A stretch of 60,469 nucleotides of DNA from Gammaproteobacteria bacterium (GTDB lineage Bacteria > Pseudomonadota > Gammaproteobacteria > Pseudomonadales > Azotimanducaceae), in the NCBI GenBank assembly GCA_027292925.1, contig JAPUGI010000206.1, positions 1 through 60,469 of the forward strand, in the 5' to 3' direction. This document shows positions 54,043 to 60,469 of this stretch, in pieces. Made by a program: the position numbers and the translations under genes. Every line of letters starts with the position of its first letter. The stretch's first letter is position 1. Below the pieces are notes generated by a model that ran no database searches, was not told the DNA's origin, and worked only from the letters and a program-made list of their open reading frames with translations.

Positions 54043-56387
54043 TGATGGAACACCGAATCTCGATAGGTGAACTCTCACGTTTCTGGCAGCGTGGTGATAT
54101 TAATTTCAGGTTTACAGGTCGAAGCAGTGCAATTGAGGGCATTCGTGGTCACCGATCAGTGCAGAAGAAAAGGGGAGGCGACTATGTCAGTGAAAAACCC
54201 GTTTCAATCGAGCTTACGCGGTCAGGTTTCAAGATCAAGGTACAGGGAAGAGTAGACGGATTTATTCCAACGTCAGATCCCCCCCTGGTAGAGGAGATCA
54301 AGACACTTCGTGTTTCCGTTGAAGAGTTACCTGTTTCTGTCAGGGAAGTTCACCTGGCGCAGTTGAAGATCTACGCCCATATTATTGGATCTAGCGAAAA
54401 TATCCCGCGATTAGATCTCAGACTTTGTTACCTGAACCTGGATGACAACAGTGAATCCTGGATTGAAGAAAGCACAACCCGTGGGGCGCTGGCCTCCTTT
54501 TTTGAAACAACCCTGGCAAGATATATCGCTTGGCTGACGCGCAACCAACAATGGCTTGCCATCCGCGATTTGAGTATCTTGCAGTCCACCTTCCCCTATG
54601 AGAACTACAGACCAGGTCAACGGGATATGGCAGTGGCTGCATACAGGTCACTGACACTGGGACAACAAATCGTGATGCAGGCACCCACGGGCATCGGTAA
54701 AACCATGGCGACGATCTTCCCGGCTGTAAAGACACTGTCAGAGTCCGCCTTCGACAAGGTGTTTTATTTATCAGCGAAAACCTCCGGCCAGCAGATGGCT
54801 GAGAAAACTGTCATTGAACTAAAGGATGCAGGATTTCGTCTTCGCAGCGTAACCGTCACCGCTAAAGACAAGATCTGCTTTAACCCCGGATCTCCGTGTC
54901 ATCCTGATCATTGCGAATACGCCCGGGGTTACTACGATCGGCTTGGCGAGGGTATTGAGGATGCACTGAAAGGCAATGACCAATTCAGTCGCCAGGTGAT
55001 AGAGCAAACGGCGAGAAAACACACCTTGTGTCCCTTTGAGTTTTCACTTGATATTTCACGCGCCGCTGATTTGATTATTTGCGACTATAACTATGTGTTT
55101 GACCCGACGGTGTATCTACGGCGATTCTTTGAAGACAATTCCGGAAAATACGCATTGTTAGTCGATGAGGCTCACAACCTGGTTGATCGTGGCAGGGATA
55201 TGTTTTCGGCGGTACTGGTAAAAGGCAGTTTTCTGTCTTTGCGAAGAAAACTGAATCAGGATTCTCCTCTGGTTGCGAAAAAGCTGGCCAGGGTTAACGC
55301 GGAGATTCTGGCAATGCGCAAGGAGTACACAGCCCTACTGGCCGAACAGGGGTATGCTGTCCTGGGAACTACTTCCAACAAATTTATTAAGGCGCTAAAG
55401 GATTTTTGTGAATGTGCGGAGGACCTTCTAAAGGGAAACACGTTTGCTGGCTATAGAGATGACTTGTTATCACTTTATTTTGACTGCCTGAGATTTTTGC
55501 GAACCAACGAGCAGGTGGATGAGGATTATGCTTTTCTGCTGGTAAAATCAGGAAAAAATTTAGAAGTGAAACTTTTTTGTATCAATCCCGCTTCACGACT
55601 GGAAGAAGGGTTCCATAAAATGGCATCAAGTATTTGTTTCTCAGCCACCATGAAGCCCCGGGAATATTTTCACAATTTGCTTGGCCTGGATGAGGAAACG
55701 AGTTGGTATCAGCTGGCGTGCCCATTCGATCCGGCCAACCTGGGCGTATTCGTGGCATCTTACATCGGAACCAGCTATAGGGAACGGCCTTCATCTTTGA
55801 ATGACCTGGTAGAGTTGATCTACAGGGTGACGAACAGTAATCCAGGTAATTACCTTGTATTTTTTCCTTCGCATGCATACCTGCAGGACGTCTATGATGC
55901 ATTTAAGTCAGCCTGGCCCGAACAGCAGACCATAGTCCAGGAACGCTATATGACCGAACTGGATCGCCAGGAGTTCCTTGACCATCTCCAGCCGGAGAGT
56001 CAAATAACGGGTTTCGCCGTAATGGGGGGTGTTTTCGGTGAGGGAATTGACCTGAGAGGCAGTCGCCTTATCGGTGTCGTTGTAACCGGTGTGGGTTTGC
56101 CACAACTCGGCGTTGAGCGTGAACTCATCCGTAATTATTGGAAAGACGCGGGTCTGGGGTTTGAGTTTGCGTATCAATATCCGGGCATGAACCGGGTGCT
56201 GCAAACTGCAGGACGCGTGATCCGGGACGCTGGTGACAAAGGCATCATCTGCCTTGTGGACCGTCGTTTTGGAGAAGATCGATACAAGACATTGTTCCCG
56301 GAAGAATGGCAGGTGCAGCAGGCATCTTCTGTGGATGTACTTGCCCGCCAAGTGTCGAATTTTTGGCTATCACATTTCACAAAGTAA
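54042..56387 (+). CDS. XPD/DinG-family (Rad3-related) Fe-S DNA helicase with N-terminal PD-(D/E)xK nuclease-like domain
   Basis: 781 aa with an ATGA overlap with the upstream gene. The N-terminal ~190 aa include GRVDGF...LVEEIKT (D...ExK). Helicase motifs: QAPTGIGKT (motif I), the four-Cys cluster CFNPGSPCHPDHCEY...C, and VDEAHNL (DEAH). Confidence 0.85.
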   Translation: MMEHRISIGELSRFWQRGDINFRFTGRSSAIEGIRGHRSVQKKRGGDYVSEKPVSIELTRSGFKIKVQGRVDGFIPTSDPPLVEEIKTLRVSVEELPVSVREVHLAQLKIYAHIIGSSENIPRLDLRLCYLNLDDNSESWIEESTTRGALASFFETTLARYIAWLTRNQQWLAIRDLSILQSTFPYENYRPGQRDMAVAAYRSLTLGQQIVMQAPTGIGKTMATIFPAVKTLSESAFDKVFYLSAKTSGQQMAEKTVIELKDAGFRLRSVTVTAKDKICFNPGSPCHPDHCEYARGYYDRLGEGIEDALKGNDQFSRQVIEQTARKHTLCPFEFSLDISRAADLIICDYNYVFDPTVYLRRFFEDNSGKYALLVDEAHNLVDRGRDMFSAVLVKGSFLSLRRKLNQDSPLVAKKLARVNAEILAMRKEYTALLAEQGYAVLGTTSNKFIKALKDFCECAEDLLKGNTFAGYRDDLLSLYFDCLRFLRTNEQVDEDYAFLLVKSGKNLEVKLFCINPASRLEEGFHKMASSICFSATMKPREYFHNLLGLDEETSWYQLACPFDPANLGVFVASYIGTSYRERPSSLNDLVELIYRVTNSNPGNYLVFFPSHAYLQDVYDAFKSAWPEQQTIVQERYMTELDRQEFLDHLQPESQITGFAVMGGVFGEGIDLRGSRLIGVVVTGVGLPQLGVERELIRNYWKDAGLGFEFAYQYPGMNRVLQTAGRVIRDAGDKGIICLVDRRFGEDRYKTLFPEEWQVQQASSVDVLARQVSNFWLSHFTK

Positions 56388-56462
56388 TGGTGCGAACCCG
56401 CCATATGCGTACAATACGCCCCGAGCAAATGTTGATGTGATGCTGACGAAGGAATCAGGTTA

Positions 56463-59400
56463 ATGACGGCAATCAGGGTAGATAGTAAGTCTGCATTTTA
56501 TTCATCTCTGGAGCGAAGAATTCGCAAGCAAGGTGGTACACCCACGCAACTGAAATTTGCAAAAAGTTACTACTCCCAGGTTCCGCTTTCAGAGCTCCTG
56601 CTCAAACCCTGGGAAGCCGTGATGGCGACGTTGCATTCCAGTTGGAAATTCTATCAACAATTTGACGGCAGCAGATTGCGGGTCAGGGTCTTCAACCCCA
56701 CAATTGACGATGATGGCTTCGAAACCAGGAAAACCGTCATCGAGGTTGCTGCAACCAATTTGCCGTTTCTCCTTGACTCCATCCGGTTGTCCCTAAGCAG
56801 CGAATCCCTGGTTTTGTCTGATGTACAGCAATGCATGCTCGGTGTCCATCGATCTGGCAATAAGACACTTGTAGTAGAAGATCAGCAGCCTAACGAAACC
56901 CTGATACGCCTTGAGATTGAACGTGTTCCGAATCCGCTAACCGTCGAGAGGATGGTACGCAAAGTCCTCAAACTTGTGCATCAGGTGAATAAAGATTTTG
57001 TTCCAATGCGTCAGCAAATGTTGATGTGGATTGAGCTGTGTGCTGGAGTGCAGATCGATGGGAAACCACGAAAAGCAGATGTAGCTGAAGAAGAGACGGT
57101 AGAGTTTCTACGCTGGCTCCATGCTAACAACTTTACTTTCCTCGGTTATGAAGAATTTATACTTGGTAAAGGAATTTCTGATGTGCAGCGTGTTAGCGGC
57201 GCGATATTGGGCTTGTGCAGAAAGGGAATGTCAGTGGATAAGATACCTTTTCGGGTATCCGGACGTAAAAAGTATCAATTATCCATCAGTAAACTACCGG
57301 TTCGGAGCAAGGTACACCGTCGGGCATACTACGATTCCATTACCATTGTTCGTCCCGGTGAAACAAGGGGGACACGCCGTGCCTGTCGATTCGTCGGACT
57401 GTTCACATCATCGGTTTACAACCAGAACCCGGTTGACATCCCTGTCGTTCGCAAGAAAATAGAGAAGATTTTTGAGGATAGCGACGTCTCTGCAACCAGT
57501 CACAAAGGTAGAGAACTGAGTCGTATTATCGAGATTCTTCCGAGGGACGAACTATTTCTGGCGACAAGTGAAGAACTTGCGGAAGTAGTTCTGTCAAGTT
57601 TTGCATTGCAGGAAAGGCGAGTGGTTCGACTTTTGGTTCGCCGTTCCCAACACTTTGTATCCTGTCTGCTTTACGTGCCGAGACATACCTATAACACGGC
57701 ACTGCGTGTAAAAATTCAGGAATTACTGAGCAAACAATTTGCTGCCTTTGAATTGGAATTCTCCACGTTCTTCTCGGAATCTGCGTTGATCCGCACATAT
57801 TTTGTTCTACATGTGGATCAAGAACGACAAAGACCCTTTAACGTTATTAAGCTGGAGCAGGAGATAACACGGCTCACCCAATCCTGGGAAGACGAGTTGC
57901 ATGGGGTGTTGTCTGAGGAACAAGGTGATAATCCGGATGAAGACCTGTTTCATCGCTATGGCCGGATTTTCCCGCCGGGGTACCAGGATTTTTTTACACC
58001 CCAGGAAGCTTGTTCGGACATCAGCTTTCTGTCTCGTTTGACACAACAAGTGCCTCTGGCCGTGAATCTCTACGAGGCCTATGTTGTAGGCTCCAGATAT
58101 ATTAAATTCAAGCTGTTTCATCTCGGCAATGCCTTGCCACTCTCGGATGTTATTCCGATATTGGAAAATCTCGGCGCAAAAACCATCTCTGAACATCCTT
58201 ATGAACTACGATTAAGCGATGATGCCAGGATTTGGATTCACGACTTTGCGCTGGAATTCAGGGACAAACCCGTTGGAGGGTTGAAGGGGGTCAAGCAGAA
58301 CTTCCAGGAAGCGTTTCACAGTATTTGGAGTGAAGGAAAAGAAAACGATTCGTTCAACCGCCTGGTACCGGCGGCCGCAATGAATCACAGACAGGTTAAC
58401 GTAATTCGCGCCTATTCCAGATATTTTGCTCAGCTGCAAAGCACATACAGCCAACAGTACATCGCTGATTGCTTGACTCGATATTCAATGATAACGAAAC
58501 AACTGTATCGACTGTTTGAGTTAAGACTGGACCCATCTCTACATCGAGACAGAGCGCTTGCTAGTGCGGATGCGATGGAGAGCAGGATTCTCTCGAGTAT
58601 CGATAAGGTTGAGAACCTGGCTGATGACCGCGTTCTGCGCCGATTCATTGAAATGATTCAGGCAACGCTACGAACAAACTATTTTCAAAAGAAATCCGAT
58701 GGTGGCAATAAGGACTGTATTTCCTTTAAGTTTCTACCATCAAGAATTTCCGAAATGCCATTGCCAAGACCGGAGTACGAAATTTTTGTGTATTCGGGTC
58801 GGGTTGAAGGTGTGCACTTACGCGGCGGTAAAGTTGCCCGGGGAGGACTGCGCTGGTCAGATCGCTCGGAGGATTATAGAACCGAGATTCTCGGCCTGGT
58901 AAAAGCGCAACAGGTAAAGAACTCTGTCATTGTCCCGGTAGGAGCCAAGGGTGGGTTTCTTACCAAGCAAGTACCGGAGGGTGCATCACGGGAAGTGATC
59001 AACGAAGAAGGGATAGCCTGCTACCGAATTTTTATACAAGGTCTGCTGGACCTGACTGACAACCTGGTTAAGGGGAAGGTCGTACCACCAGAAGACGTCG
59101 TTCGATACGATGAAGATGACTACTACCTGGTAGTCGCGGCGGATAAAGGTACTGCCAGTTTTTCGGATATTGCAAACGAAATATCTGAGGCTAACAATTT
59201 TTGGCTTGGAGATGCTTTTGCCTCCGGTGGTAGTGTTGGTTACGACCACAAAGCGATGGGAATAACCGCTAAAGGGGCGTGGACATCTGTTGCGCAACAT
59301 TTTCGAGATCTGAACCTGAATGTGCAGGAATCAGATTTTTCCGTTATTGGCATTGGCGACATGTCCGGAGATGTATTTGGTAACGGCATGTTGCTGTCCA

Positions 59401-60469
59401 GGCATATTTGTCTTGTCGCGGCATTCAACCACCTGCATATTTTTATTGATCCCGACCCTGTTGCCGTAACTAGTTACAAAGAACGACTGCGCTTGTTTAA
59501 CCTGCCCAGATCGAGTTGGCAGGATTATCAGAAGAAGCTCATCTCCAAAGGTGGTGGCGTCTTTAATAGGCTCGCCAAGTCAATTGTAATTTCAACTGAA
59601 ATGAAACGACGATTTGATATCACTGAAACCAGCCTTACTCCAAATCAGCTCCTGAGCGCCGTCCTGAGATCAAAGGTGGACTTACTCTGGAATGGAGGTA
59701 TTGGAACCTATGTAAAAAGCAGCAGCGAGTCGCATCTGGACGTGGGGGACAAGGCTAATGATGCTATCCGCATCAATGCTGACGAATTGCGATGTCGAGT
59801 TGTGGGTGAGGGAGGCAATCTCGGCCTGACCCAGTTGGCAAGAATCGAGTTAAACCTGAACGGTGGCAAGTGTTTTACAGACTTCATCGACAATGCTGGT
59901 GGCGTGAATTGCTCGGATGTGGAAGTCAACATCAAAATTTTGCTCAACCAGTTACTAGAGAAGGGGAAACTGTCGATAAACAATCGAAAAAGAATCTTGA
60001 AACAGATGACAGGACAGGTTGCTGAGATCGTGCTTAATAACAATTACATGCAGGCACAGGCCATTAATCTTATGGTTAGCCAGTCACCAACGAGAAGTAC
60101 TGAATACCCACGAATCATCGCGATGCTTGAGGAACAGGGCAGACTCAGCAGACAACTGGAATTTTTACCGTCGGACGATGAGCTGCAGGAACGTAGGGCG
60201 AATGGTCAATATTTGACCGCGCCGGAATTATCAGTACTCACCAGCTATGTGAAAGCTGGGCTGAAAGAAGATTTAGCTGCATCTGAGATCCTGGATGAGC
60301 CGTATTTACGCATAGAGATGAATGCCAGGTTTCCGGCATACATGGTGCGCAAGTACCGCAAAGAACTGGATCGTCATCGCTTGCGCCGTGAACTGATCGC
60401 AACCCAGATCGCCAATGGCATGGTGAACCACCTGGGTATGACTTTTGTCGCTCGGATGGAAGAGTCAAC
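56463..60469 (+). CDS. gdhB: Large NAD-specific glutamate dehydrogenase (GdhB type, ~1600 aa class); 3' end beyond window
   Basis: Not in the track because it has no stop in the window. The frame from ATG 56463 stays open to the edge (>=1335 codons). It begins MTAIRVDSKSAFYSSLERRI... and contains VYSGRVEGVHLRGGKVARGGLRWSDRSEDYRTEILGLVKAQQVKNSVIVPVGAKGGF and ADKGTASFSDIAN, hallmarks of NAD-GDH. Confidence 0.9.
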   Translation, partial: MTAIRVDSKSAFYSSLERRIRKQGGTPTQLKFAKSYYSQVPLSELLLKPWEAVMATLHSSWKFYQQFDGSRLRVRVFNPTIDDDGFETRKTVIEVAATNLPFLLDSIRLSLSSESLVLSDVQQCMLGVHRSGNKTLVVEDQQPNETLIRLEIERVPNPLTVERMVRKVLKLVHQVNKDFVPMRQQMLMWIELCAGVQIDGKPRKADVAEEETVEFLRWLHANNFTFLGYEEFILGKGISDVQRVSGAILGLCRKGMSVDKIPFRVSGRKKYQLSISKLPVRSKVHRRAYYDSITIVRPGETRGTRRACRFVGLFTSSVYNQNPVDIPVVRKKIEKIFEDSDVSATSHKGRELSRIIEILPRDELFLATSEELAEVVLSSFALQERRVVRLLVRRSQHFVSCLLYVPRHTYNTALRVKIQELLSKQFAAFELEFSTFFSESALIRTYFVLHVDQERQRPFNVIKLEQEITRLTQSWEDELHGVLSEEQGDNPDEDLFHRYGRIFPPGYQDFFTPQEACSDISFLSRLTQQVPLAVNLYEAYVVGSRYIKFKLFHLGNALPLSDVIPILENLGAKTISEHPYELRLSDDARIWIHDFALEFRDKPVGGLKGVKQNFQEAFHSIWSEGKENDSFNRLVPAAAMNHRQVNVIRAYSRYFAQLQSTYSQQYIADCLTRYSMITKQLYRLFELRLDPSLHRDRALASADAMESRILSSIDKVENLADDRVLRRFIEMIQATLRTNYFQKKSDGGNKDCISFKFLPSRISEMPLPRPEYEIFVYSGRVEGVHLRGGKVARGGLRWSDRSEDYRTEILGLVKAQQVKNSVIVPVGAKGGFLTKQVPEGASREVINEEGIACYRIFIQGLLDLTDNLVKGKVVPPEDVVRYDEDDYYLVVAADKGTASFSDIANEISEANNFWLGDAFASGGSVGYDHKAMGITAKGAWTSVAQHFRDLNLNVQESDFSVIGIGDMSGDVFGNGMLLSRHICLVAAFNHLHIFIDPDPVAVTSYKERLRLFNLPRSSWQDYQKKLISKGGGVFNRLAKSIVISTEMKRRFDITETSLTPNQLLSAVLRSKVDLLWNGGIGTYVKSSSESHLDVGDKANDAIRINADELRCRVVGEGGNLGLTQLARIELNLNGGKCFTDFIDNAGGVNCSDVEVNIKILLNQLLEKGKLSINNRKRILKQMTGQVAEIVLNNNYMQAQAINLMVSQSPTRSTEYPRIIAMLEEQGRLSRQLEFLPSDDELQERRANGQYLTAPELSVLTSYVKAGLKEDLAASEILDEPYLRIEMNARFPAYMVRKYRKELDRHRLRRELIATQIANGMVNHLGMTFVARMEES

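Noticed and set aside
56463-60469. A 4-kb stretch where the ORF track shows only short ORFs on both strands, which could be non-coding, an RNA gene or a degraded region.
   Set aside because: One frame is open from ATG 56463 to the window edge and encodes a recognisable giant NAD-glutamate dehydrogenase. The track omits it because it has no stop inside the window.
1-60469. I looked across the whole window for mobile elements, prophage genes, toxin-antitoxin pairs, restriction-modification systems, CRISPR-Cas, tRNA/rRNA genes and typical defence-island signatures.
   Set aside because: I found no integrase, transposase or recombinase, no terminal inverted repeats flanking a gene block, no tRNA cloverleaf-like sequence in the intergenic regions I read, and no methyltransferase or endonuclease pairs. 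The window is overwhelmingly core metabolism and envelope biogenesis.

Overview
The window looks like a 60.5-kb chromosomal core segment of a gammaproteobacterium. I saw no integrase, transposase, tRNA, rRNA, CRISPR array or obvious defence island. From memory, the central block is collinear with Pseudomonas aeruginosa PA2983-PA2960: exbB-exbD-(msbA)lpxK-ycaR-kdsB ... murB-rne / rluC-maf / yceD-rpmF-fabD-fabG-acpP-fabF-mltG-tmk-holB-pilZ. The flanks carry tcyP (partial), hisC, greB, a beta-propeller phytase, dgkA, clpB with a sigma32 promoter, two CDF metal exporters, pepQ, a three-subunit molybdo-hydroxylase, lpxA, fabA-fabB, a MATE pump, map and a giant NAD-glutamate dehydrogenase that runs off the right edge.

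All protein calls rest on motif recognition in the supplied translations. No database search was run.

The observations I rank highest:
1. Two same-frame track ORFs are joined by an in-frame UGA into a UGSC-motif selenoprotein, with a SECIS-like hairpin exactly 11 nt downstream. It sits behind a 474-aa thioredoxin-fold fusion protein of unknown function, and both occupy a slot in an otherwise conserved gene block.
2. A sigma70 promoter with a LexA box filling its spacer precedes a FAN1-like VRR-NUC nuclease and a nuclease-plus-XPD/DinG-type helicase.
3. An orphan pair of LexA boxes precedes only a 73-codon ORF and a tandem 50-bp repeat.
4. The Anbu proteasome-homologue, alpha-E and circularly permuted ATP-grasp cluster lacks the usual transglutaminase and is coupled to a GNAT.
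5. MsbA and LpxK are fused into one ORF.
6. A tandem LpxL-type acyltransferase fusion has lost the catalytic His in its second copy.
7. Mesaconyl-CoA transferase-like and hydratase-like genes are coupled to a DSD1-type PLP enzyme.

I cannot show that any of these is truly undescribed. Several belong to named families whose function is still unknown.
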